DNA from: Eledone cirrhosa
Lineage: Eukaryota
NCBI GenBank assembly: GCA_964016885.1
Contig: OZ024746.1
Coordinates: 3,100,001-3,164,000 of the forward strand
Direction: 5' to 3'
DNA: 64,000 bases
Part shown: piece after piece, positions 27,206-39,653 of the stretch
Position numbering within the stretch: the first letter of the stretch is position 1
Layout of the letters: each line of letters starts with the position of its first letter
The notes under the pieces: model-generated
What the model was told of the DNA's origin: nothing
The model's database searches: none
Seen by the model: only the letters and a program-made list of their open reading frames with translations
Position numbers and translations under genes: made by a program

Positions 27206-27431
27206 AAACTATATAGTGTGTGTGTGTGTATATATATATATATAAAAAATGTGCGTGTATGTATATATGTGTATATATATATATATATGGAAACTATATA
27301 TATATATGTGTGTATGTATATATATATTTATTAAAATAACAGATTAAAGTTTAAGCAAAGAATCGCTGCTTTCACCCTTAACGGGATCTTCTGAAACTAA
27401 CAAAGTCAATCTGTGAATATATATATAAATA

Positions 27432-27467
<36 letters not shown>

Positions 27468-27500
27468 GTACCAGGAAACTATGTATGTGTGTGTGTACAC
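27107..27500. repeat. Mixed (TA)n/(TG)n tract with repeated ggaaactata motif and an embedded fold-back arm fragment
   Basis: 27325-27414 matches 12572-12663. Confidence 0.85.
27348..27398 (-). ncRNA. Hammerhead-like fold with variant core (best preserved copy)
   Basis: Minus strand: agttt-CAGAAGA-tccc(gttaa)gggt-GAA-agca(gcgattctt)tgct-T-aaact. Confidence 0.45.
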
Positions 27501-30014
27501 ATACAGGAATGCAAGTGTGATTATAGATATAAAACTCTAATCGAAATTGACTGTTGCTTAAGGAAACGAAATGAAATAAAAACTCACAATGACAGTAATG
27601 TTATTTCATGTTCTATATTGAAAGTGTCACTGTTTCATTGGTTGTCAACGAGTTTAAGATAAGAGGCAAAAATATGAAAATGATTGCATGTACCTTCAAT
27701 AACACTTTGACAGGACTTTCACCACATGGTTGTACACATCCTTTCTCTAGATTCCCAACGTCACTTGTGTGATACATAAATATATGACTGATGAGCAAAA
27801 TGGCTTTAAAATTGTCTTTTGTTTTTATTCAATAGTTTACTCAATACTCTATTCAATAGTATAGGAGAAGAGCAGCTTCCATGGCCCTTTTGACACTGTT
27901 GAAGAAAAAGGAAGATGAAACTACACGTAGCTTGTTGTATTAGATTGTAGAACATCAGATTTTGTTTTTATACTGTTAGTGAGAGAGTGGGATGGGTGTG
28001 GATGGGAGTATCAGCAAGCTCCAAATGCTTAAGAGAGTGAAGGACTAAATGATGTTGAACTGGGCAACATTCAGTTTATTGATCAACAACTCAAAATACA
28101 AAGAGTTGGAACAAATGTTCTTTGGCATCTTGTCCGATGTTAAAACAATTCTTCTTGTCCTCAATCCTAGACAGGTGCTTTATTTTATTTTATTTTATTT
28201 TATTGATTAAAAAAAGATGAAAGGGAAAATTAATCATGTTAAAATTTGAACTCAGACCACAGAGAGCCAGAACAAATACTGCAAAGCATTTTGTTTTACA
28301 CTTTAACAACTCTGCTAATTCACCAACTATGGTGCCATAGACAGCAGAATTGGTTTGAATGCTTGCAACAAAGTAGACTCTACTAAAGGTACTCAAAGGC
28401 TGTCAGGTGGTGGTGTTAAGTTTCATGACACATTTCCATCTACTAGATGTTTACTTGCATGGCTTTGGTTGACTATGGTAGAATATACTTGTCCAAGGTG
28501 TTGCAACCTTGGAACCATGTGATTGTGAAGTAAATGTCTTAACTAACTGCGCTCATTATAATATCAACTCTACTAAGCTTGTCAAGATGAAACAAACAAG
28601 GAATATATTATTACCATATGAGTTGAGAAAAATAATTTTTAACTCACACACCTGGATCATATTTTGACTATGCATATGAAGAGAAATCTAAGAAAGAAAA
28701 GATCAATACTTAGTATTAATTGATTTTTTTTTATGTGGGTATGTATAAGTAAATTAATATTTCTTTTGCTTTGATTCAGATTACTGTATCTTCTAGCTAT
28801 AATCTACTTTTCATTATGTTTCATTTGAAGTGTCTCAGATTACAATGTATAACTGAAGCTTTGACAGTTTGCTTACAGCACCTGCTTAACTGAATTAATT
28901 TATTTCTAAACAATTCTGTTTACCTAAGCCAAAAAATGTACCGTATTGTGTATTTATTTATAATCTTTGCATAGGTTGTTTTGGGATGTATTTTTCTAAC
29001 CATTTTACAGAAATGTTCCTCAACAACCTTTTCAAGGGTATCTGTATGACCAAAGCAATATAGTGTTGGTCTAAAAAAAAGACTATACTTTTCTAATTAC
29101 TTATGAACATTACATATTTACAATCATTGCACTTTCTACAAATCAACGTCTTTGCTGACCTCTTCTAGCAACCAGGTATCTATCACCTAACCAAAGTTAC
29201 ATCATAAATATTTAGGACATTCTTTGCCACCAATCACTCAATGACATTTATACAGTGAGCAAGCTTACACTTTCCATTGTTTTCATCACGGACACACATC
29301 AACACATGCACACACACGCCTGTTCAAATCCCTTTCATCCTTCTGGATTGATATAATAAATAATATTTCAACACTGGTTTTAACTCAATAGAATATCCTC
29401 TTTCCATACAGAAATTGACTTTTTAACTATTGAAGAAATCAATGTTAAAAATATAAAGAAAATGATGTATAGATATTTGTGAAACACTCCACTTAATGCT
29501 TATAAGAGTGCTATGAACATTATGCCATCTTATTCCTATATCAGAAATCAATATTGGTTGTTTTAGTGTGGTTATCATTAGCCAAGTGTCAGAATGTTAG
29601 CCAAATAGTCTAGAGTTTGTATGCATTGTGCCTTATCATCTTGATAAAAGGCATCAGTCAGTTTATCTGTAAACAGGTATTGTGGTTTTGGTATATCTCA
29701 ATTCTGTAAGCTGTATAGAAACTGTGAGTCTTTAGTTAGCTACATTGTTTAGATTGTCATATCTGGGTCCTTCTGGTAACATTCTATTGTATTCTTATCA
29801 AGGGATACTTGAGGTCAATCTTTTCTGTGATATAAAGTGTAGGAAACAATAAAAGTTGCTATAGTATATGTATAATTACTAGCACTAGCTGTCTCACCTT
29901 TAGACTATTACGTTACTTTTGCTTTGAAAATAGAAAAGATTTCAATAATGGTCCATATTAAAGCCCAGCAGCATTTTATCTAAATATGTTTACATTCCCT
30001 TGATAAAATCTAAA

Positions 30015-30496
30015 TCTAAACTATAATAAAGAAAGGAATGCGGGACTGCATACAGAATATAATTTTTTTATCCCATTTGTAAAATAAGTTGGATTACTTT
30101 GAATAAATAATGAATGAATATTACATAATTTATTTACTAAATTTCGTAGCTGTTGATTAAATATATTTTATTTGTTATTTAAAGATTGACTTCTTTAAAA
30201 TGTTCAAATGTGAACACTTCCGGTTAGCGATCGCTTAAATAAACATTTATATTTCCATCACTAATTTTCTCCTAATGCAGTTTATATATAATATCGTCTT
30301 TTTTAAATGTATCATGGATTACGTTACTGATTACATAAGACAGTGTAACACAGTCTTCGTTCCATTTCTGTGTATATTGTCAATTACGATTTTATTTGAT
30401 GTATCATATCTACATGCATATATACTTGCATATAATATCAATATACACACTACATATACTAGCAGAAAACCACACAACGGGTGGTTTTTCTGCTAG
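30015..30496 (+). mobile_element. Probable non-autonomous Helitron
   Basis: A|TCtaaactataataaag 5' end; 3' hairpin ending CTAG|T. Confidence 0.55.
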
Positions 30497-30685
30497 TGTA
30501 AATAATTAGAGCTTTGCAACTGATTGGGTCATCATTGAAGACTTGTTTTTGTGTATAATGACCTGGTCTTGTCAACCTAACAAAGCCCTCCATTTTCTTA
30601 ATTAGTGTTCTTGGTTCGCTCTTGGTTAATCTTTATCGAACTGACATATGATAAAAAAAAATTACTATCCTGATTATCCTGTCTT

Positions 30686-31108
30686 TTAACCCTTTTCATA
30701 CCAATTCCTCCAAAACTGTCTAGCAAAATCACCCATTTTAAAGATTTTCTATTTAAATTAATTTTGTTAGTTCAAGTTGCTTAATAACGAAATGATTAAT
30801 AATCTTAATAAATCCTTCCAAATTCTAATTGATAGCTAATTTAAATACTGTGTTATTTAATTTAAAACAGTAATGAAAGAGTTTATATCTTTTGCTACCA
30901 TATTTCTAACAAAAGAAAACTGCCTGTGATTTTCGAATAATTTTGAAAATAATCAAGAATTTGGGGAAATTTAATAATATAACCAACTTTTTTCATTATT
31001 AAGTTGGTGTCCGGAACATAACTTAAGTATGTAAACATTTTAAAATAGAATAGTGAATTGTAGTTATAATGAGGAGCAGTTTCAGGCAGTTTAGTATCAA
31101 AATGTAAA
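30686..31108. mobile_element. Two degraded TTAA MITE family B copies
   Basis: ttaacccttttcatacc start; body similar to 34140-34402 and 53064-53306. Confidence 0.55.
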
Positions 31109-32785
31109 AGATTTTATACAATGTCTGTGTTGAGGGAGGTTAGGATGCTATTTCTAGCAGATTGAGTGATCACATAGAGGCTTCTTTGCAGGCTTAGCAA
31201 TATCTAGGTTGAATTATTTTAGTGTTTGGTAAAATTTAAAAAAAATTTTTTTTATTTGCATTGTTTATTTGGTCGTTGTTCACGCTGTTATTCTATAGAT
31301 AATGAAGACAACCACAAGGATATGGTCCAAACTCCTACTGTTATTACCTCTCTCTCTCTCTCTCTCTCGCCCTCCCTATCTCTCTGTATGGTGAGCAAAT
31401 GGGGTCCCACGGGCTGGCCTCCCCACAGCCCCGGCTGACAGAATGGCGATGGCGTTTCCCTGGAGGATATAATGACTAATTATAGGGGACAGTATAGGTT
31501 TTTGATAGCTTTGCCTTTGGAGGGCAGTTGTGGTGCAAGGGAAGTGAATCAGCTCTCAGAACCTAGGCTATGAACACAGCTTGCCAGGAGTTCATGGAAC
31601 TCACCACTTTGCTAATTACACATGGTTTAATATTCAAAATGTTATTACTCTGTCCATTTGAATTAAGCTTGGTAAATAATAATGCTGAAAATTATTATTA
31701 TTAATATCATCATCCACTTAAGAACTATAAACTTAATGCTTGAATGGATAGAATAGAGGTTGTTTTTCTGTGTTTTTTTTTTCTTTCTTTCCTTGCCTCC
31801 CCCCTTCTAAAGTCACATTCAATTACTGTTTCATATAATGGCAAAAGGAGTGACTTTTAAAGATCTCTGCAACTAATGGAGTGAAATCTCATTAATCTAT
31901 CATTGTTATATATTTTCTTTGGTTCTTAAAGCATTTTCTTGCTCTGATATAAATGTAAAACTAAATACATAAATAAATAAAAGTTATTGATGAAAGCTTT
32001 TTATGTTGTGAGTCATCCCCCAAAATAGTTTATTGGTTCCATTCAATAATATTGTGTTAATAAATATTCATATTGCTAAATGTAATTCACCCACACTTCC
32101 AATTCTCACTCTAAAATACAATATAAACATTTTTCAAATCGGCAGTATTTTTTTGTTGTGTATTTTTTAATATCTAGTAATTTTTTTATCATTCTTTTTA
32201 TAATCTCTGTTATAAAAGAAAAGATTGATAAACATAGTTATTTCAAACATCCTCTCCACTTTGATGAGAGGTCAAGCTTGTTGATTTCTAAATGTTACTT
32301 TTCATCACACACACAAAAAAAAGCAGGAAATTTATGAAAAACATGTATTTTTAAAAGTATTCTTTATTTTGTTACTGTTTAAACTTCATTGACATCAGTC
32401 TGATGAGTAAACTGGAGTATGGAATGTGGAACCACAGAGTTAACACCATACATTACACCTTTTGTGTTATGTTTTCTTTTTAAACTTTCCTAGCTTTCTA
32501 TGCTATTGTACTTCAGAAGCTCTCATTGTTGCCCCCTCCCCCAATATCCACTTTTTTTTTTAGCATCATTTATTAATCTAATCTATTAATTCTGTCATCT
32601 CTACTCTGTTATTACTTATGTTGTTGATAGGTGCAGACATGGCTGTGTGATTATGAAGTTTCAAGTTCCATTCCAATGTGACACCTTCAGAAAGTGTCTT
32701 CTACTGGACATAACAAACAAAAATAGCCTTGTTCAGCCCATGCCAACATAGAAAAATAATGCTGGCAATAAGGATTTATATCTCC

Positions 32786-32976
32786 TTAACCCTTTAGCAT
32801 TTACATTACTCTATATACACTATTGTGTTTACCTCATATAATATCAAATCTGAGATTTTGATGCTATTTATTTTGACAATTAACATTGGTATGAGCAGCC
32901 GATTACAGCCAGTTTGAAGAGAAAGAGGTGAGAGAATTCTGGCCGTATACAGCCGGTTTAAATACTAAAGGGTTAA
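32786..32976 (-). mobile_element. TTAA-flanked MITE, family A
   Basis: ttaaccctttagcattta ... taaatactaaagggttaa. Confidence 0.88.
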
Positions 32977-33175
32977 AGGAATAAGAAACCAATGAATGTC
33001 TGACTACATTTATTTCATAGCTGAGACTGTGTGTTATTTGAAGGTAACCAGCTATAAAAGAAACCTTCTTCATAACCGGTATTAAAATATGAATCATCCT
33101 GGAGAACGTGTAATTGTTTGTTTTTCTTTTAACAATTCTGACATCTTAAAAGATATGTTTGGGTAGTATTTATAT

Positions 33176-33363
33176 ATAATTGTTTCTACTTTTGGCACAA
33201 GGCCAGCAATTACCCCAGTGTATTACTGGTACTTTATTTTATTGACCCTGTAAGGATGAAAGGCAAAGTTAACCTTGGCGGGATTTGAACTCAGAATGGC
33301 AAGGGCCGTAACTATGCGTCAAAGCATGGCGTCCGACTCTCTACCGATACTGCCAATCCACCG
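33176..33363 (-). mobile_element. SINE family 1
   Basis: Reverse complement of 19575-19791, including the head (ctaccgatactgccaatccaccg). Confidence 0.88.
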
Positions 33364-34139
33364 TATATATAATAAATCTAAACTTTGACCTCTATCATAA
33401 TGTTGTTATTTTGCCCTCAGGTCAACTTTCATTAAGTAAACCTGTGTTCAAACTGTAATCTCTTTTTCTTCCAATGCATAGTCTATCTAAGATTACATTA
33501 TCTTATGTATTTTTCTGTTTTGTAAGATATCAGGATGTGATTTTAAAGAGATTTAGCTGCTACTTCTAGCGTGTTGAACGACAGCATAGAGACTCCTTCA
33601 AGGTCCTACCTTCTGTTATATTTCTCAGCAAAGTATACTGCTCATTGTGTCTTTCTTTAGGAGTTTCCACTCCATTTATCCTGTGGCAACATTTTGAAAG
33701 TAATTTGAGTTTAAAATTTCCCCCTTGTCAGTTACTGTATAGCAAGAATGTAAAATCTAAAGTTTGTCTCAAGCATCAGTCTTAGAGAGGTTATGATGTC
33801 TTTGACACAACTGGAGTCTTCTTCATTCTTTGTTTTCTGTGGCTGGATGCCCTTCCTATCACTAACCATTCTACAGAATGTATTGGATTCATTTTATTGT
33901 GGCACTAGTACTTATGAATAACTCTGGGACCAAATATATTTAGACAATGTGAAAATACTAATCAATGAGGCACCAACAGGTGTGGAACAGGTAGAAAGAA
34001 AATAAGTTAAATCAGCTTCAAATTTTCGTCTCAATTTCAGATTTTTAATTACAATTGAAAATAAAACAAATATTCTAATCCAGTGTTAGCAAATTTTCTC
34101 CAAATTGGAACCCCTGCCCTAGTTCTCTTTTTTAGAAAC

Positions 34140-34402
34140 TTAACCCTTTCATTGCCATATTTCCAATGAAAGACACTGCCTCTGTGTTTCAATTAATTTT
34201 GAAAATAATTTTAAAAACATTTGGATGAATATAGTAAAATAACTTTTTCACAATCAAGTTGATGTTTAGATCATAACTTTAAAAACTTCTTAGATAAAAT
34301 GATGGTGGAATGTATTAATATATAAAGTACACTAAAATGGTCAGTTTTGTGTCACAGATTTAAAGAGGTAGTTTCAGGCAGGTTGCTATCAAAAACGGTT
34401 AA
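34140..34402 (-). mobile_element. TTAA MITE family B
   Basis: ttaaccctttcattgcc ... gctatcaaaaacggttaa. Confidence 0.75.
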
Positions 34403-34459
34403 CATACATTATACCATGTAGTTATATCTTCCTTTCTTTCCTTCTTGCTTTGTTATTAT

Positions 34460-34600
34460 GATTTCAAATCCCGCTGAGGTTAGCTTTACCTTTCATCCTT
34501 TTGGGGGTCGATGAAATAAAGTACCAGTAATACACTTGGGTTCAATTTAATCAACTTTTCCCTGCTCCAAAATTGTTGGCCTTGTGTCTAAATCAGAAAT
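34460..34600 (+). mobile_element. SINE family 1, 5'-truncated
   Basis: ttcaaatcccgctgaggttagctttacctttcatcc...gtcgatgaaataaagtaccag. Confidence 0.8.
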
Positions 34601-34643
34601 CTGTATTTCAGATGCTAGTAGTTGTTATACTAGATAGTTTCTG

Positions 34644-35016
34644 TCATCATCATCATCATCATTTCATTTTACGTCCGCTTTTCCCTGCTTGCAAGGGTGG
34701 GACGGGAACTGATTCTGGCTTGATTTCTACAGCTGGATGCCCTTCCTAACACCAACCTCATTTACAGTGAGTGCTGGGTGTTTTTTTTCCGTGGCGCCTA
34801 CACGTCCACTTTACAGTGTGGGCTGGGTGCTTTTTTGCCGTGGCACCTCCACAACCACTTTGCAGTGGAATGATATGGACCCCGGTCCCTATCATCTCAT
34901 TTCTACAGCTGAGTAAACTGGAGCAACGTGAAATAAAGTGTCTTGCTCAAGGACACAACGCATCACCCGGTCTGAGAATTGAACTCACAACCTTTCGATT
35001 GCTAAGCCATGTACCT
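34644..35016 (-). mobile_element. tRNA-headed SINE sequence joined to an RTE-type tail
   Basis: Minus-strand head gtgagttcaattc, gtgtccttgagcaagacac body, internal ccactttacagtg repeats, tail shared with RTE 3' ends plus (GAT)n. Confidence 0.75.
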
Positions 35017-35033
35017 CTGTGTATGTGAAAACT

Positions 35034-35422
35034 TGATATCATTGTTTATGTGATATCATTGTTTCTGTGTATGTGTTTATGTGATATCATTGTTTCTGTG
35101 TATGTGTTTATGTGATATCATTGTTTCTGTGTATGTGTTTATGTGATATCATTGTTTCTGTGTATGTGTTTATGTGATATTATTGTTTATGTGATATCAT
35201 TGTTACTGTGTATGTGTTTATGTGATATCATTGTTTCTGTGTATGTGTTTATGTGATATCATTGTTACTGTGTATGTGTTTATGTGATATCATTGTTTCT
35301 GTGTATGTGTTTGTGATATCATTGTTTCTGTGTATGTGTTTATGTGATATCATTGTTTCTGTGTATGTGTTTATGTGATATCATTGTTTCTGTGTATGTG
35401 TTTATGTGATATCATTGTTTCT
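35034..35422. repeat. 31-bp minisatellite, about 12 copies
   Basis: Unit tgatatcattgtttctgtgtatgtgtttatg with occasional short units. Confidence 0.95.
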
Positions 35423-35665
35423 GCATTTTTGTTGAGATTCAAGGTTTTATTACTTTTGGGGGTAATGGTGGTGGTGGTGAGGGCTTCTTTCCACTTCTTC
35501 CTTTAAGATCTGTCAGGCTCATGTTCTTGTGACATTTCAGATTCTTTTTATGTACTTACTGTTAATTACATGCCATCAATTGATCAATATCAATTTCTCT
35601 TCTGTCTTTATGACCCATAGGACATCAATGTCTGTCACTAAAAGCTAATTTTCTACAAAGAAAAA

Positions 35666-35667
35666 TC

Positions 35668-35725
<58 letters not shown>

Positions 35726-35756
35726 CCTCTCTCTCTCTCTCCCTCTCTCTCCTGCG

Positions 35757-35788
<32 letters not shown>
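35666..35788. repeat. (TC)n microsatellite
   Basis: Seen directly. Confidence 0.95.
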
Positions 35789-36262
35789 GAGAGAATACAA
35801 ACACAATTTTAGCCTTTTGGCGTTAAATTCTGTTTTATATAATAATGGGAGGTGATGTTTCTTTTTTTTTTTTCATTCTGCAAATGTAACTCACTAAACT
35901 GAAGCAGAGAAATTTTAGTATATTTTGAAATCAATCCATTAGTTTAAATATTGTTTTTATGACAGTGTCTTGTGAAATTGGGACAATAAATGAAAAAGAG
36001 GCTGGCTGCTTATTCCATTAATTTTCCTTGGTGGTGGTACAATTTCCCCTAATCACTTAACCTACTTCCCACTTCATGTCCTGACCTCAAATAGAACAGA
36101 TCTTCTGGCTTCTCACTATCAAGAACAAACATGTAAATTTAAGTGGAGTATTAATTAAAATCATGTGAATTAGACTCAAATTAGTCATAATGTTTCTGAG
36201 AATGATTATATTGCACACAAATAGTTTAATATTTAGAACTAGTTAGTTTGTTTTATGTAATA

Positions 36263-37067
36263 CTAGCAGCAGTACCCAGCGTTGCCTGAGTAGGTAAAAT
36301 AATATCTGCTTTGATGAAAAGGTGTTGATCTTAGCGACTGCTTCTCGATGACTCATCTATGGCCACACACAGGCCATGCGGGGGAGGATGGTGATGACCT
36401 CTATCAGTGAGTAACGTGGGTGACTGACGAAGGGGCATGTTGGGGGAGGGAGTTTCGAATTTGAACGAAATCGGTTGAAAAATGTGGGAGCTAGAGCCGA
36501 AAAGGCGGAAATTTGAGCGAAAAGGTGGTATTTTCCAATATTTAAGCGGCTGCCACGCCATTCCTGAAGAAAAAATCCAATGTGTAAAGCCACTTTAAGA
36601 CGTGAAATCAGATCTAGCGTAGTGTAAAATTTGAACAAAGTAGGTTGATTAATGTGGGAGCTAGAACTGAAAAAGTGGAAATTTGAGTCTAAAAGTGGTA
36701 TTTTTGAATATTTAAGTGGCTGCCACACCGTCCCTGAACAACAAATGCAAAATATAAAGCCATTACAGGATGTGCAATGATAAATTCTATTTTGCTTTAA
36801 AATTTGAACGAAATCGGTGGCAAAATGTGGGAGCTAGAGCCAAAAATCTTGTTTTGATGCCTAAAAAAAGGTGACCCCCCCCCCCCCTATCGATTTTTAT
36901 CTGCAGAATGACTCCGGAATAAAAAAACGATACGCTGATATATAGAAAACACTCCCCGATGACTAATCTATGAGCCTGTAAAGTTTCATGAAAATCGGTC
37001 GTAAGATGTAGGCCCCTATAGGTAATACACAGACACACACACATACTTAATTTTATATATATACAGA
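36263..37067 (-). mobile_element. Non-autonomous Helitron with about 170-bp internal tandem repeats
   Basis: Minus strand A|TCtgtatatatataaaa start followed by a microsatellite; 3' caggcaacgctggg hairpin and CTAG|T; aatttgaac..aatgtgggagctag recurs at about 36458, 36628 and 36801. Confidence 0.8.
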
Positions 37068-37477
37068 TTTTCATTTTCTTTTTTTCTCCTTTTCCTTTTT
37101 TCTCATGCAAATTGTCTTATATTTATAAACTTGGAAAATATATTTAATATATTAACATGTGTAATCTGGTAACAATGAGGAAACTGTTTGTGTCTCGAAA
37201 AGGAATGGAACTAGTCGTGATCAGCACATTTAGTAAAATATACAAGGTCCATTTAAATATTTAGTTCACTTCTTATTTTGGAGCTTCCATATCGAATTTT
37301 AGGAATAAATTACTAAGACTGTATCTTGACTCAATGGTCTTGTTATTACTTTATCTGTGTGGAAACTACTAGAAACAACTTGGAAGGTAGAATAGACCTT
37401 TTACAACTGATTAGTATCATGGATTTGACTTTGTTTATCGTGTCTAAAGTCTGTCTCAAATCAGGAGGCTCCTTGAG

Positions 37478-37705
37478 TCACTGTTTCATTGTGTGAAGCA
37501 ACTGAGAGAACAGGACTCCCCTCTGGATAGGACGCCAGTCTATCACAGGGTTAAACCCCCAGCTATTACTGCTGGTATGCATTTTCAGCTGAGTATACTG
37601 GAACAATGTGAAATGAAGTGTGTTGCTCAAGAACACAACACTCAACCCAGGAATTGAACCCACGACATTATGATCGTAAGTCCAACACCTTTACCACAAG
37701 GCTAA
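37478..37705 (-). mobile_element. tRNA-derived SINE family 2 (CORE/V-like)
   Basis: Minus strand tagccttgtggtaaaggtgttggac..gtgggttcaattcc head, then gtgttcttgagcaacacactt. Confidence 0.8.
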
Positions 37706-39401
37706 GAAATTGCAATGCAGTATTATTGAGGTAGTGCAACATGTGGTATAGAAGTATACTTGCGTCTCTGATAGTCTGGTGTGACTAATTATGTAAATAA
37801 ACCTGGAGTTAAGTTTATGGCTTGTTCTATTGATTTAGAAGAAATAAAAGTTTTTTGTTACTGTATTAGAGTTGCATCAAGTTGTAGTATAAAAGGTAAA
37901 GGACTTAGAGAAGTTATCTTTTGTTTCTTTCATAGTGTATGAGTCAAATGTGATGTCATATTGTAAAGACATTTGACTTTACAAATGTTACAAGTGTCTG
38001 GTAAGGAAGAAACTAATTATTTGTTTCATAGACATTGTGGACTGAATGTAACATGTACATTTAAAATATGATTGTATTTTGGGCTGTGGCCAATATCTCT
38101 GTAAGAGAAACCACTCTATAGACAGAATAACAAAATAAATGAATATATGATGTATTGTTTTAAACCGATTTAATTCTGACCAAACTAAAACGCCATCACA
38201 ACTGCTGTATGAAATGTGTGACTCTGTGTGTGTGTGTGTGTGTGTATGAGCATTGTTAACTTAATGACTCGGAATGAAAGTAATCTGTCTAACTTGCGTA
38301 CATAAAGGTTTATAATTGTTACTTTCACTCCCGTACAATAAATTACATTTAGACTACTTGTTATAATAATAATAATTATATACATGGTGGGGAATGGGTT
38401 AATATACAACAGACATTTATCTCTAATTATGGACTACTTAAAGTATCAGTTTTATATATACCAACATCTATGTTTTTTATAGTTACTCTTTTACTCTTTT
38501 ACCTGTTCCAGCCATCTGACTGAGGCCATGCTGGGGCACCGCCCTTGTAGTTATATATTTCTGAGTCAAGGTTTTTCTTTTGATGCTGGTTTTTTAAATA
38601 TATTAATCAAAACTGAGTTATATTAAATTTGAGGAGCTGGATGTTAATTCTTAATATATTAGGCACATGTTTCATTATATTTTATGGAATTGAAGATAAA
38701 TACTTTAGTATTTTATATTTTTATATTATTTCTTACCTTAGGCATTATGATAAGAAACAGTTGGTAAAAATCAAATGATTTTATTCAGCTAATATATTCA
38801 ACTTCAGTATTCAAAATACATGTATTAATGTGTCTGTCCATTTTTATTGTAAATAGCTGGCTGTTAGCCTTCAATTAAAGTGTAGCATAATTCATCTGGA
38901 TGAGAAATAGCAATATTGATTTCATAGCATTCACTGGCATTGCAGAGATTTTGACTGTAAAAAAGGAATGAATCTTTAATGCTCTTCTTTCAATATACAT
39001 CAGTTGTTACATCCTCAAATTTACAGTATTTGGCAAAGCTGCATAGAATTGTGACATAAGATTAAAAGTTATCATTTGGTTGCTATTTTTATGACCACAT
39101 TTGGAATCTGTATAAAAAAAAAAATCAATGTATTTTACTGTTTAAAGGTGATCATATAGAAGGTAATTATTGCAGTCAATACGATCTGTAATATGAGTGG
39201 AGAATGATATCTGTACTTCAAATCGTTTACAAGCTTTAACCCTTTAGTTACCAACCTGGCAAAAACTAGCTCTGGTTCTATGAAATAAAACCATCTTGAT
39301 TGGAAGTTTTTGTTTGGCAAGATTATTATTGATTGAACCAATGTAAGTTTGTTTTTATTGGATATTTTGACTAAGATTCAAACTTAAAACATAAGGGACA
39401 A

Positions 39402-39598
39402 CAAAATCCCAACTGGACGTGAAATTATTTTTGTAAAGCTGTACACATCTCCCATCATAAACCAAGAGTCTGATGAGCTTTTGATTAAGGAGTTGAGCCA
39501 GATCGATACAGATTGAACCTTGAGCTAATCAATAGCGGACTGTGCGTCACACCTGAATAAACTAATGATACTCTGACGCCTCATTCCTACTTATTTTA

Positions 39599-39600
<2 letters not shown>
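39402..39600. repeat. 199-bp inverted repeat, left copy
   Basis: Exact reverse complement (by eye) of 42430-42628; abuts (TA)n(CA)n. Confidence 0.92.

Positions 39601-39653
<53 letters not shown>

Noticed and set aside
31399-31467. HDV-like ribozyme
   Set aside because: A consistent nested double pseudoknot could not be drawn in both copies.
32395-32445. Hammerhead at ctgatgag
   Set aside because: No GAAA box or pairing stems downstream; the same applies to ctgatga at about 27788 and 39907.
37640-37705. tRNA gene
   Set aside because: The tRNA-like part continues into a SINE body and no intact cloverleaf is seen.
37727-37750. let-7-like sequence tgaggtagt
   Set aside because: Only the first 9 nt match and there is no precursor hairpin.
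39310-39356. GIY-YIG endonuclease remnant (minus strand KQTYIGS)
   Set aside because: Only a tripeptide match, preceded by a stop, with no GIY half.
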